Below, one piece after another: positions 8,072 through 17,371 of a DNA stretch of 42,909 nucleotides. The stretch comes from Gemmatimonadaceae bacterium (lineage in GTDB: Bacteria; Gemmatimonadota; Gemmatimonadetes; Gemmatimonadales; Gemmatimonadaceae): assembly GCA_033763905.1 (NCBI GenBank), contig JANRJP010000104.1, positions 1 through 42,909 of the forward strand, in the 5' to 3' direction. Every line of letters starts with the position of its first letter. Positions within the stretch are counted from its first letter, which is position 1. The position numbers were made by a program, and so were the translations under genes. The notes beneath the pieces were generated by a model. The model had not been told where the DNA came from. It did not search any database and saw nothing but the letters and a program-made list of their open reading frames with translations.

Positions 8072-9244
8072 TCAGGTGGTCACGGAAGCAACGGGCGGTG
8101 CCACGAGGCGCGGCACAACGATGATGCCCAGCGCCAGCGCAATGAGATAGCCCATCGAGGAGAAGGCGGCAATTGCGCCGAGCACGAGGACGATGCCGAT
8201 CTGCAACGGGGTACGCTCCACCCGAAACGCCAACTGCGTCATTGCCAGCGCTTCGACGACGAGCAAGCCGCCGAGCACCGGTGGCGTCAGCAGCGCCAGC
8301 GCGAACTCGGCGTCGACGGCGAAGAGGGCGCCGAGGAGCAGGTAGCCGGCCCCGTAGATGATCACCGACCCACCAGTTCGTCCGCCAAAGGCGTAGTGCC
8401 CCGCGATGCCGCCAGACCCGTGGCAGGTCGGAATGCCACCGAGGAAGGGCGCGACCAGGTTCATCGCCGCGTAGGTGCCACCGAGCGTGGTGGCGGACGG
8501 CGCGCGATCGGGAAAGAGATCACGCGCGACTTGTCGCGTGGCGATCACGGCGTTGCCGAGCGACAGGCCGATCTGCGGGAGGGCAAGCAGAAGGAGGCCG
8601 TCCTTGAGCGCGGAAAGTGTAAGGAACTCGTCTGGAAACGCCTCGACCGGCGTGAGCCGAAGCGGGTCCTTGGGTGGACCCTCGAGCACGAACATCACCA
8701 GCGCGATCGGAATGATCACCACCGCCGCGGGCACTTTCGTATTGCCGCGCATCGCCAGCGCGATCACCGCCACCAGTGCTCCGACGACGGGGGACGACCA
8801 CTCCGGGATGAAGTAGTAGCTGCCCCCGTTCAGCAGTGTGGGCGAGATCCTGAACAGTTGGATCGCGAGTCCGAGTTGGAGCCCGCGCACCGCGACGAGC
8901 GGCACCCACTTGGCCAGCCGCTCCAGCGTCCCCGTGAGGACGAGCGCCAGCATCAGCCCGCCGATGACGAGGCCGCCGGCGGCAAACGTGGCCGCCGTGA
9001 TGCCGCCGGCCGCGGCGATCGTGGCCATCGCCTTGAGCGGCTGGACCGGCATCGGCATCCGGTAGAAGAGCCCGGACGCGATCTGCATTGCACCGAAGGT
9101 CCACAACACGTTCCGGCCATTGAGGTCCAGCGCCGTGATCAGCACGAACAGCAACGGCAGGTCGGTGCCGAGGTCGCCGATGGCGCCGCCCCACTCGCGG
9201 CGATCGAAGCGCAGGGCGCGGGGCGAATCCTCGGGCAGGGACAT
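8072..9244 (-). CDS. Putative molybdate/sulfate transporter (MOT1-like)
   Basis: Multi-TM protein with EWGGAIGDLGTDLP, MPMPVQPLKA and PTCHGSGGIAGHYAFGGRTG, characteristic of the MOT1 family. ATG 9244. Confidence 0.8.
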   Translation of the reverse strand: MSLPEDSPRALRFDRREWGGAIGDLGTDLPLLFVLITALDLNGRNVLWTFGAMQIASGLFYRMPMPVQPLKAMATIAAAGGITAATFAAGGLVIGGLMLALVLTGTLERLAKWVPLVAVRGLQLGLAIQLFRISPTLLNGGSYYFIPEWSSPVVGALVAVIALAMRGNTKVPAAVVIIPIALVMFVLEGPPKDPLRLTPVEAFPDEFLTLSALKDGLLLLALPQIGLSLGNAVIATRQVARDLFPDRAPSATTLGGTYAAMNLVAPFLGGIPTCHGSGGIAGHYAFGGRTGGSVIIYGAGYLLLGALFAVDAEFALALLTPPVLGGLLVVEALAMTQLAFRVERTPLQIGIVLVLGAIAAFSSMGYLIALALGIIVVPRLVAPPVASVTT

Positions 9245-9287
9245 CCCGTATATTCGACAATCCTTCTCCCCCGTTGCAGGGGCCACA

Positions 9288-10253
9288 ATGTCCGAACCTG
9301 CGGTTTCCATTCGCAACGTCCGCAAGGCCTACGATGGCCACGTGGCGGTCCGCGATCTCTCGCTCACCGTAATGCCCGGGATGGTCTACGGTCTGCTCGG
9401 TCCCAATGGGGCCGGCAAGACGACGACCATCCGAATGATCCTCGACATCATTCTGCCGGACACCGGGTCGATCACGCTGCTCGGCAAGCCGCACACCGAT
9501 GTGGCGACACTCGACCGCCTCGGCTACCTGCCCGAAGAGCGCGGCCTCTACAAGAAGATGGTCGTGCGCGACGTGCTGCGGTTTCTGGGCTCGCTCAAGG
9601 GCTTGAGTGGCGCCGAGCTGGATCGTCGCATCGATCAGTGGCTCGACCGGCTCTCGCTGCGGAGCGAAGCGAAGGACTGGGGCAAGTCGAAGGTCGACGA
9701 ACTCTCGCGCGGGATGCAGCAGAAGGTGCAGTTCATCGGCACGCTGCTGCACGATCCCGAGATCGTGATTCTGGACGAACCCTTCAGCGGCCTCGATCCG
9801 ATCAACGCGCAGGCGCTCAAGGACACCGTCGTCGACCTGAAGACGCGTGGCAAGACGGTGCTGTTTTCGACGCATCTGATGGACAACGCCGAACGCCTCT
9901 GTGACGCCGTGTGCATCATCGCCAAGGGCGAGAAGGTGCTCGACGGCCGCGTGAGCGACGTCAAGGCCGCCCACGCGTCGCGCACGGTGGCGATCGCGGT
10001 CGATGGCGGCACCGATGTCACCGCGCGCGAGATTCTCGCCGATCGCACGCTGGTCGAGGAGGCGGATGACCAGAACACGTTCTTCGAAGCGCGCCTGGCG
10101 CCGGGCGCCGATGCGCAGGCGCTACTGGCGCGACTGGTGCAGCGCGGTGTGCAGTTGCGGCGATTCGAACTCGTGCAGCCGTCGCTGCACCAGATCTTCC
10201 TCGACAAGGTCGGGGCCACGGGCGTCGAGCGGGGGATGAGCGGACATGGGTAA
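9288..10253 (+). CDS. ABC transporter ATP-binding protein (NatA/YhaQ-like)
   Basis: Walker A GPNGAGKTT, GYLPEERGLY, signature LSRGMQQK, Walker B ILDEPFSGLDP, H-loop STH. Confidence 0.93.
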   Translation: MSEPAVSIRNVRKAYDGHVAVRDLSLTVMPGMVYGLLGPNGAGKTTTIRMILDIILPDTGSITLLGKPHTDVATLDRLGYLPEERGLYKKMVVRDVLRFLGSLKGLSGAELDRRIDQWLDRLSLRSEAKDWGKSKVDELSRGMQQKVQFIGTLLHDPEIVILDEPFSGLDPINAQALKDTVVDLKTRGKTVLFSTHLMDNAERLCDAVCIIAKGEKVLDGRVSDVKAAHASRTVAIAVDGGTDVTAREILADRTLVEEADDQNTFFEARLAPGADAQALLARLVQRGVQLRRFELVQPSLHQIFLDKVGATGVERGMSGHG

Positions 10254-11535
10254 GCTGCTGGCAGTCGTCAAGCGCGAGTACTTCGAGCGCGTCAAGTCGC
10301 CGTGGTTCCTCGCCGGCACCTTCCTCGGTCCGGTGCTGTTTGGTGTGATCACGATCCTGCCCGCCGTGTTGGCGATGAAGCAGGAGACGTCGAAGGGCCT
10401 GACCAACATCGTGATTCTCGACGCCAGCGGCGCCGAGATCGGTGCCCGCGTGCGCTCGGCGCTCTCGGGTGGCGTGCAGTCGTCGGATTCGACCTCGGTG
10501 GTGCTGCAGGCGTTGCCGCAGGCGGAACTGGCGGCGGCGGAAAGTCTGGTCACCAAGGAGGTCGTGGCGAACACCCGCACCGGTTACCTCGTAATCGACT
10601 CGACCGTCGTCGGTGGCGGCAAGGTGCGCTACGCCGGACGCAATGCCGCCAGCGAACGCGATATGGACATCGTCCGCGCGGCGGTCCGTCAGGCGGTGCT
10701 GAGTACACGACTCACCGCGGCGGGGCTGGATCCGCTCAAGGTGCAGGCGCTTACAGCGTCGCGCACGGAAGTCAGCACCGAAAAGCTCGACGAACGCGGA
10801 CGCGGTGGCTCGGGCATCGGCAGCATCATTTTCGGCTACCTGATCGCGTTCCTGCTCTATATGATGATCGCGCTCTACGGGCAGACGATCATGCGCGGCG
10901 TGCTCGACGAGAAGATGACGCGCGTCGCCGAGGTGATCATTGCGAGCGTGAAGCCCGACACACTGCTCGCGGGCAAGGTGATCGGCGTCGGTGGCGTGGG
11001 CGTGACGCAGCAACTGATCTGGATCGCCCTCGGATGGGCGATGATCACGTTCCGTGCCCCGCTGCTCTCGGCGATGGGCCTCCCCGACGTACCCGTGTCA
11101 CTGCCGAGCGTCAGCGCCGGCGCGATCGCGCTGCTGCTGTTGTTCTATATCCTGGGTTTCACCTTCTACGCGTCGCTCTTCGCGGCGACCGGTTCGATGG
11201 TGAGCAATCAGGAAGACATTCAGCAGGCGTCACTCCCGGTGACGATGCTGCTGGTGTTCTCGATCATCTTCATGCAGCCGATCCTGATGCAGCCCGAGTC
11301 GTCGCTTTCTCGGGTGATGACGATGTTGCCGTTCTCGGCGCCGGTGCTGATGCCGCTACGAATGGCGACGACGCAGGTGCCGGCGTGGGAGCTGGCGGTG
11401 TCGCTCGGCGGAATGGCCCTCGCGTGTTTCGGGGCGATCTGGCTGGCGGCGCGCATCTACCGGGTCGGGCTGCTGATGTACGGGAAGCGGCCGTCGTTCG
11501 TGGAAGTGCTGAAGTGGGTGCGGCAGGCGTCGTAA
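10246..11535 (+). CDS. ABC-2 type permease (NatB/YhaP-like)
   Basis: KREYFERVK, DEKMTRVAEVII, AARIYRVGLLMYGK. One TM, a periplasmic loop, then further TMs. Overlaps the ATPase gene. Confidence 0.9.
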   Translation: MGKLLAVVKREYFERVKSPWFLAGTFLGPVLFGVITILPAVLAMKQETSKGLTNIVILDASGAEIGARVRSALSGGVQSSDSTSVVLQALPQAELAAAESLVTKEVVANTRTGYLVIDSTVVGGGKVRYAGRNAASERDMDIVRAAVRQAVLSTRLTAAGLDPLKVQALTASRTEVSTEKLDERGRGGSGIGSIIFGYLIAFLLYMMIALYGQTIMRGVLDEKMTRVAEVIIASVKPDTLLAGKVIGVGGVGVTQQLIWIALGWAMITFRAPLLSAMGLPDVPVSLPSVSAGAIALLLLFYILGFTFYASLFAATGSMVSNQEDIQQASLPVTMLLVFSIIFMQPILMQPESSLSRVMTMLPFSAPVLMPLRMATTQVPAWELAVSLGGMALACFGAIWLAARIYRVGLLMYGKRPSFVEVLKWVRQAS

Positions 11536-11550
11536 GATCAACTGCCATTT

Positions 11551-11656
11551 ACCACGAAGGCACGAAGGGCACGAAGAACTACAAGAGGGCGGTGCGGGGA
11601 TCGTTCCCCACACCGCCCTCTCTTGTCTCTCTTCGTGCCCTTCGTGCCTTAGTGGT
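11551..11656. repeat. Nested palindromic intergenic element (REP/MITE-like), copy 1
   Basis: 27-bp arms accacgaaggcacgaagggcacgaaga / tcttcgtgcccttcgtgccttagtggt (26/27 complementary) around an inner hairpin ggcggtg-c-gggga-tcgt-tcccc-a-caccgcc. Lies between convergent genes; second copy at 40534. Confidence 0.9.
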
Positions 11657-11664
11657 GAAGGCCC

Positions 11665-12096
11665 CTACGCCGGCTGCCCCGCCACCGCGTGCTGCTCGAA
11701 CGCCGCCTTGAGGTCCGCCGCGATCGTGGCCGCATCGCGCCCTTCGATCTGCCAGCGCTCCATCAGGTACACCAGCTTGCCATCCTTCATCAGCGCGATC
11801 GACGGCGAGCTCGGCGCGTACCCCGTGAAGTAGCTCCGCGCCTTCTCGGTGGCCTCGCGATCCTGACCGGCGAACACGGTCGTGCTGTGGGTCGGCTTGA
11901 CCGCGTGCTGCAACGCCATCGCCACCGCCGGACGGGCGTTGCGCGCGGCGCAGCCGCAGACGGAGTTCACCACCACCATCGTCGTGCCGGGACGCGCCAT
12001 CGCGGCGTCCACGTCAGCCGGCGTGCGGAGCTCTTCGACGCCGTGACGGGTGAGTTCTTCGCGCATCGGCACGAGCAGCGGTTCGGGATACATCAT
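11665..12096 (-). CDS. BrxA/BrxB family bacilliredoxin (YphP/YqiW)
   Basis: MMYPEPLLVPMREEL, NSVCGCAA..ARP (CGC motif), TVFAGQD.EAT, PSSPSIAL. GGAGG upstream of the start. Confidence 0.9.
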   Translation of the reverse strand: MMYPEPLLVPMREELTRHGVEELRTPADVDAAMARPGTTMVVVNSVCGCAARNARPAVAMALQHAVKPTHSTTVFAGQDREATEKARSYFTGYAPSSPSIALMKDGKLVYLMERWQIEGRDAATIAADLKAAFEQHAVAGQPA

Positions 12097-12118
12097 CGGG
12101 ACGCGCCTCCAGTTGGGG

Positions 12119-12505
12119 TCAGAATTCCAGATCTTCCGGGTGGGGCTCGCGCACCAAGGCGAGGATCGCCTGCTGCGGCACCACCAGGAATCGTTCGTTC
12201 TCAAACGTGATTTCGACGGCCGCCTTGCGGAAAAACAGGGCGACGTCGCCTTCGCGGGCCTGCATCGGGACGTGCCGCACTTGCCGCTGGCCGGTGGCCA
12301 TCCGCCACGGCTCGTCCACGTTCTCGTCAAAGCTCGGCAGCGGGAGGCCCGGGCCGGTTGCCACGATGCGCCCCCCCTGCACTTGCTGGTTATCGATCGC
12401 CGTCGGGGGCAGATACAGGCCCACGTTCGTCCGCTCGTCCCCGTCATCCACCCGGACGAGTACGCGGTCGCCGACCACGATCAGGTGCTTGCCGTTTCGG
12501 TTCAT
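12119..12505 (-). CDS. Co-chaperonin GroES (Cpn10) family protein, divergent paralog
   Basis: GDRVLVR...ERTNVGLYLP..A....G.IVATGPG...EGDVALF....EI....FLVV...IL, with a ~25-aa insertion after GPG. Confidence 0.82.
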   Translation of the reverse strand: MNRNGKHLIVVGDRVLVRVDDGDERTNVGLYLPPTAIDNQQVQGGRIVATGPGLPLPSFDENVDEPWRMATGQRQVRHVPMQAREGDVALFFRKAAVEITFENERFLVVPQQAILALVREPHPEDLEF

Positions 12506-12645
12506 ACGGGAGGAAAGCTATCGGGCCGGGGAAGAGCCGGTCCACCACCCGCCGAGGGGGCTCGACCGACCGTTGGCCGCCCTGCGGTCGCGTCCCCCCG
12601 ATCCTGGGCGTATGTTCGCCCCACCTTCAACCCGTCAGGACCGGG

Positions 12646-15600
12646 ATGCGATCCTCTCTGATTCTCGCTGCCGCCCTCCTCCCCGCGCTGCTCTCGGCGC
12701 AACCCCGCCGAGCGGCCGCGCCGTCGGCCACGTTCGACAGCACCGCGTGGAGCACCCTGCGCTTCCGCCACATCGGCCCCGAAGGCAACCGCGTTTCGGC
12801 GGTCGCTGGCGTCAACGGTGACCCCCACGTGTACTACGCCGGTGCCGCGTCCGGCGGCATCTGGAAGTCGACCGACGGCGGCGTCCACTGGGCCCCGATC
12901 TTCGACGGGCAGGCGGTCTCGTCGATTGGGGCGATCACGGTGGCGCCGAGCGATCCCAACGTAGTGTGGGTCGGCACCGGTGAATCGTGGATCCGATCGA
13001 ACATCTCGGTCGGCTACGGCGTCTATCGATCGACCGACGCGGGCAAGACCTGGTCGCGGATCGGTCTTGAGACGTCAGGGCGCATCTCGCGGGTGGTCGT
13101 GCACCCCACGAACCCGGATATGGCCTGGGTGGCCGTGCAGGGCCACGGCTACGCGCCGCAGACCGAACGCGGCATCTGGCGCACCAGCGATGCCGGCAAG
13201 ACCTGGGAGAAGGTGCTCTTCGTGAGCGACTCCGCCGGCGCGTCGGACCTCGTGATGCACCCGACGAACCCGCGCATTCTCTACGCTGGGTTCTGGCAGC
13301 TCGACATCAAGACCTGGGGACGTCTCTCCGGCGGTCAGCATTCGGGCATCTGGAAGTCCACCGACGGCGGCAACACGTGGAAGCGCCTGGTCGGCAACGG
13401 CCTCCCCACGAAGTACGTCGGCAAGATCGGCCTGACGGTGTCGCGCGCGAATCCTGAGCGGGTCTATGCGCTGATCGAAACCGGCGACGGGGTTCCCGCG
13501 ATCAACATCCCCGATCCCGCCTCTGGCCGTCTATGGAAGAGCGACAATGGCGGCGACTCGTGGGAGCTCGTGTCGAGCGATCGCCAGCTGGCGGGCCGCA
13601 CCCACTACTACAACCGAATGGGCGCCACGCCGGACAACGCCGAGGAGGTGTACTTCCTCACGGCGAACTGGGCGAAGACGCTCGACGGCGGGCGGACGAT
13701 CATCGACCCGCCCTTCACGCAGTATCCGGGCGGCGACCACCACGACATCTGGTTCGACGCCACCAACGGCAACCGCTTCATCGTCAGCCACGATGGCGGC
13801 ATCTCGGTGACGACGACGCGCGGCCAGCAGTGGATTCGCACGCAGTTGCCGATCGCGCAGATGTATCACGTCACCGTGGATGACCGTGTGCCCTACTGGG
13901 TCTACGGCAACCGGCAGGACGGTCCGTCGGCACGCGGCCCGAGCAACGGCCGCTTCGCGAGCTTCTTCGGCGGCGGCATTCCGCGCGGTGTCTGGCAGAC
14001 GGTCGGCGGTGGTGAGAGCGGCTTTGCGACGCCCGATCCGGTCGACACGATGATGGTCTGGTCGAGTGCGTCGGGCTACGGCAGCGTCGGCGGCATCGTG
14101 TCGAGGCACGACCTGCGCACGGGAATGACCGAGAACTTCGAAGTCTGGCCCCGGGCCACCATCGGTCACGCGGCCGAAGAGGTGAAGTACCGTTTCGTGT
14201 GGAATTTCCCGCTCACGATCTCGCCCCAAAATCACAAGCGCGTGTACGTCGGCTCGCAGCACGTGCACGTGACGATGGACGGTGGACGCTCGTGGCAGGA
14301 GCTGTCGCCGGATCTCACCCGCAACGACAAGTCGCGGCAGAAGATCTCGGGTGGGCTCACGCCGGACAACATCGGCGTCGAATACGCTGGCGTGGTGATG
14401 GCCATAGCCGAGTCGCCGAAGGAGAAGGGCGTGATCTGGGCGGGCACGAACGACGGCAAGGTGCAGCTGACCCGTGATGACGGAAAGACCTGGACCGACC
14501 TCACGAAGAACATCCCCGGGCTTCTCGACTGGGGCACGGTGGCGCATATCCACGCGTCGAAGCACGCGGCGGGCACAGCGTACATCGCGGTCGATGGCCA
14601 TCAGGTCGGCAATTTCGATCCGGCGCTCTACAAGACGACCGACTACGGTCGCACGTGGACGTTCATCGCCACCGGCATCGCCAAGTCGCCGCTGTCGTAT
14701 GCGCACGTGATCACCGAAGATCCGGTGGTGCCCGGGCTGCTGTACGCGGGCTTCGAGAACGGGCTCTACGTCTCGTTCAATGACGGCGCGACGTGGTCCC
14801 CGTTGCAGAACAACCTCCCGCGTGTGCCGGTGTACGGCATCGCCGTGCAGGAGCGCTTCTCCGATCTCGTGATCGGCACCTACGGTCGCGGTTTCTGGAT
14901 TCTTGACGACCTCTCGCCGCTGCGCACGTTGGCGGCACAGTCGGCGCAGGATGTCGCGCTGTTCACCCCGCGTGATGCCTGGCGCTTCCGCGACATCGAG
15001 GCGCCGTTCTTCGACTACGACGATCCGAACACCGGCGAGAACCCGCCGTACGGGGCATCGCTCTCGTGGTGGCTCAAGAGCGAATCGGCGGACTCGTCGA
15101 AGCTCGAGATCCTCGACGCGTCGAACACGGTCGTGCGCACGCTCAAGGCCGCGTCCAAGAAGGGGATCAATCGCGTGTGGTGGGATCTGCGCGATGAACT
15201 CACGCCCGAAGCCAAGATCCGCACGTCGCCGTCGCTGTCGCCTTGGCTCAATGTCACGGCGGACGGTCGCGCCGCGCCGGGCATTCAGCGCTTCAATGCG
15301 CTGGTGATGCCGGGCCGGTACACCGTGCGGCTCACCGCCGGCGGCAAGACGCTCACCGCGCCGATCGAGGTCCGCAAGGATCCGAACGCTCCCGGTGATC
15401 TCAAGACGCTCGAACTGCAAGGCCTCGTCACGAAGGCGATTCGTGCGGACCTCGAGCGCACCGTTGGTATGGTCAACCAGCTCGAACAGATCCGCGCGCA
15501 GTTGGTGGCGCTCAAGGCCACAAACGCCGCGGATTCGAGCGCCAAGGCGCTACGTGATGATGCCGACGCGCTCGACAAGAAGCTTGCGGCGCTCGAGGCC

Positions 15601-15858
15601 GTGCTCTTCCAGACGCGTATCACCGGCCGCGGACAGGATCTCATCCGCTGGCCGATGCGCATCGCCGAGCAGTTGGTGTATCTCGGCCAGTCGGTGACGT
15701 CGCAGGATATCGCGCCGACCGATCCGCAGCAGCAGGTGGCCAAGATCCTTGGCAACGAAGTGGCGCAAGCCAAAGCCACCTTCGATGCCCTGCTCAAGAA
15801 CGATGTCGCCGCGTTCCGCAAGAAACTCGCGGACCGCGGCGTCAACGTGATCTTCTAG
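12646..15858 (+). CDS. Exported BNR/Asp-box repeat (VPS10/sortilin-like) beta-propeller protein, putative glycosyl hydrolase
   Basis: Signal peptide MRSSLILAAALLPALLSA. About ten S/T-x-D-G-G-x-T/S-W Asp-boxes, DHHDIW, TYGRGFWILDD, and a C-terminal helical region. Confidence 0.88.
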   Translation: MRSSLILAAALLPALLSAQPRRAAAPSATFDSTAWSTLRFRHIGPEGNRVSAVAGVNGDPHVYYAGAASGGIWKSTDGGVHWAPIFDGQAVSSIGAITVAPSDPNVVWVGTGESWIRSNISVGYGVYRSTDAGKTWSRIGLETSGRISRVVVHPTNPDMAWVAVQGHGYAPQTERGIWRTSDAGKTWEKVLFVSDSAGASDLVMHPTNPRILYAGFWQLDIKTWGRLSGGQHSGIWKSTDGGNTWKRLVGNGLPTKYVGKIGLTVSRANPERVYALIETGDGVPAINIPDPASGRLWKSDNGGDSWELVSSDRQLAGRTHYYNRMGATPDNAEEVYFLTANWAKTLDGGRTIIDPPFTQYPGGDHHDIWFDATNGNRFIVSHDGGISVTTTRGQQWIRTQLPIAQMYHVTVDDRVPYWVYGNRQDGPSARGPSNGRFASFFGGGIPRGVWQTVGGGESGFATPDPVDTMMVWSSASGYGSVGGIVSRHDLRTGMTENFEVWPRATIGHAAEEVKYRFVWNFPLTISPQNHKRVYVGSQHVHVTMDGGRSWQELSPDLTRNDKSRQKISGGLTPDNIGVEYAGVVMAIAESPKEKGVIWAGTNDGKVQLTRDDGKTWTDLTKNIPGLLDWGTVAHIHASKHAAGTAYIAVDGHQVGNFDPALYKTTDYGRTWTFIATGIAKSPLSYAHVITEDPVVPGLLYAGFENGLYVSFNDGATWSPLQNNLPRVPVYGIAVQERFSDLVIGTYGRGFWILDDLSPLRTLAAQSAQDVALFTPRDAWRFRDIEAPFFDYDDPNTGENPPYGASLSWWLKSESADSSKLEILDASNTVVRTLKAASKKGINRVWWDLRDELTPEAKIRTSPSLSPWLNVTADGRAAPGIQRFNALVMPGRYTVRLTAGGKTLTAPIEVRKDPNAPGDLKTLELQGLVTKAIRADLERTVGMVNQLEQIRAQLVALKATNAADSSAKALRDDADALDKKLAALEAVLFQTRITGRGQDLIRWPMRIAEQLVYLGQSVTSQDIAPTDPQQQVAKILGNEVAQAKATFDALLKNDVAAFRKKLADRGVNVIF

Positions 15859-15865
15859 CGTCGCC

Positions 15866-17269
15866 CTACGGCTTGGGCGCTACGAGCCAGAATCGATCCT
15901 GGCGCCGTAGCGCCCACCGCGGCGTGCCGTCGGCGCCGACGACGAAGTCCTCTTCCTGCGCAATGCGCACCGGCTGACCGCCCCACTCCGGCACCGGCGT
16001 GGTCACCTGGAGCTCGCTCGAGAACCACATATTCGCGAGCACCGGGTGATCACCGCGGCCCGGCACGCCATCCTGATAGTCCCACAAGCCGATCAGCGGC
16101 CCGGCCCCGTGCCCGTGCATCCCGATGGGATGCGAGTACATCGTGCCGTCGAGTCCCTCGGCCGTCATCTTGGCCCGCACGGCCTTCAGCACCTCGTTGC
16201 CGGTACGACCCGGCCGGGTTTCCTCGAAGAGAATGTCCTGCAGCCGGTTCGAACGCTTGAGGGCGGCGCGCAGGCCAGCCGGCGCGTCCGTTTCGCCATC
16301 CTTGAGCACGTAGCCGTTGTGCTGGGTGTCGGTGTTGAGCCGCAGCGCAGTGATGCCGACGTCGCACCAGAGCACGTCGCCCTTCTGAATCACCGTGCTC
16401 TCGCCGAGCTGATCGCTGCTGACGCCTTGGCGCTGCACGCTGACGTTCGCCTGGAACCAGGTGCCCAGCCCGAGATCGTTCACGGCCTGGCGCCACCACC
16501 ACAGCACGTCGGCCACCGTCGTCACGCCCGGCGTGATCACTTCGTTCGAGAACATCCGCTGCGTCAGCGCGTGTACGAGCGCCTGCAGCTCCCGATAGAA
16601 CTGCTCTTCGGCCGGCAGACGCGTGGCGATGAAGTCCACCGCCAAGGCCTCGGCGCGCACGATGCGCTTCACCAGCGCCGGCCCCAGCGCTTCGCGCATC
16701 CCCTCGTACTCACCCGCCGACAGCCCGTCGGCGAAGGCCCAGGTCCGCGACACGTTCACCGCGATGTTCTTCGGATTACGCTTCGTGATCTCGGCCTTGA
16801 GGGCGTTCCACTGTTCGTCGCCCCACAGTTCGGCCTGCTGGCCACCCACCGCCGCCTTCACTGACTTGGTGCTGCGGACCGCGGTCCACACGCCGCCCTG
16901 CGACGAGCCGCCGAGGGCGATGAGTTCGAGCTTGTCGGTGCACGTCGCCGGTGCACCTGCGCGGGAGCACGGGTCGAACGCGACGTAGATCGTGCGGCGC
17001 CGCGCGGCGAACGTCGTGGCGCTGGTGATGCTCGTGAAGACCGGATCCTCGTTGTATTCGCGGATCGGCATCACCCACATCGCGACCTTGTGCTTGCGCA
17101 TCAGCGCCGGCAGCACGGTGGTCATCCGTTCCTGCAGCCACTGCTGCTGCAGCGCGGCCTGCTCACGCAGCGTGCCGAACGGCCGCTGCGGCGTACGGGT
17201 CAGGGGCAGTTGTGCGGCGAGGGGCGACGCCGTGGCAGCGGCGAGCAACAGCAGACGGGCGAGGCGCAT
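15866..17269 (-). CDS. M24 family metallopeptidase (Xaa-Pro aminopeptidase-like), exported
   Basis: Signal peptide; pita-bread metal ligands CDVG...NTDTQ, HPIGMHGHG, SSE, QEED. Confidence 0.85.
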   Translation of the reverse strand: MRLARLLLLAAATASPLAAQLPLTRTPQRPFGTLREQAALQQQWLQERMTTVLPALMRKHKVAMWVMPIREYNEDPVFTSITSATTFAARRRTIYVAFDPCSRAGAPATCTDKLELIALGGSSQGGVWTAVRSTKSVKAAVGGQQAELWGDEQWNALKAEITKRNPKNIAVNVSRTWAFADGLSAGEYEGMREALGPALVKRIVRAEALAVDFIATRLPAEEQFYRELQALVHALTQRMFSNEVITPGVTTVADVLWWWRQAVNDLGLGTWFQANVSVQRQGVSSDQLGESTVIQKGDVLWCDVGITALRLNTDTQHNGYVLKDGETDAPAGLRAALKRSNRLQDILFEETRPGRTGNEVLKAVRAKMTAEGLDGTMYSHPIGMHGHGAGPLIGLWDYQDGVPGRGDHPVLANMWFSSELQVTTPVPEWGGQPVRIAQEEDFVVGADGTPRWALRRQDRFWLVAPKP

Positions 17270-17308
17270 AGGCGGGGTCGAGTGGCGCTGGAGGGCACGA
17301 AGCGGGCG

Positions 17309-17345
17309 GAAAAGACGAACCGCAGCCGAGGATGTCGGCTGCGGT
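17309..17345 (-). terminator. Probable intrinsic terminator
   Basis: Minus strand accgcagccga-catcc-tcggctgcggt (11-bp stem) followed by tcgtctttt, just downstream of the 17372 stop. Confidence 0.6.
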
Positions 17346-17371
17346 GTTATACGACGTGCCCCGCCGGAACG

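Noticed and set aside
6381..9904. Long + strand ORFs 6381-8150 and 7976-9904
   Set aside because: Arg/Ala-rich shadow frames antisense to the peptidase and transporter genes, typical of high-GC DNA.
11551..11656. Palindromic repeat as a CRISPR array
   Set aside because: Arms are inverted rather than direct repeats with unique spacers, and no cas genes are present.
13531..15420. 629-aa minus-strand ORF, and similar 18255-20219, 27105-28949, 37502-39331 and 40714-42663 ORFs
   Set aside because: Antisense shadows of well-supported genes, with no recognisable motifs.
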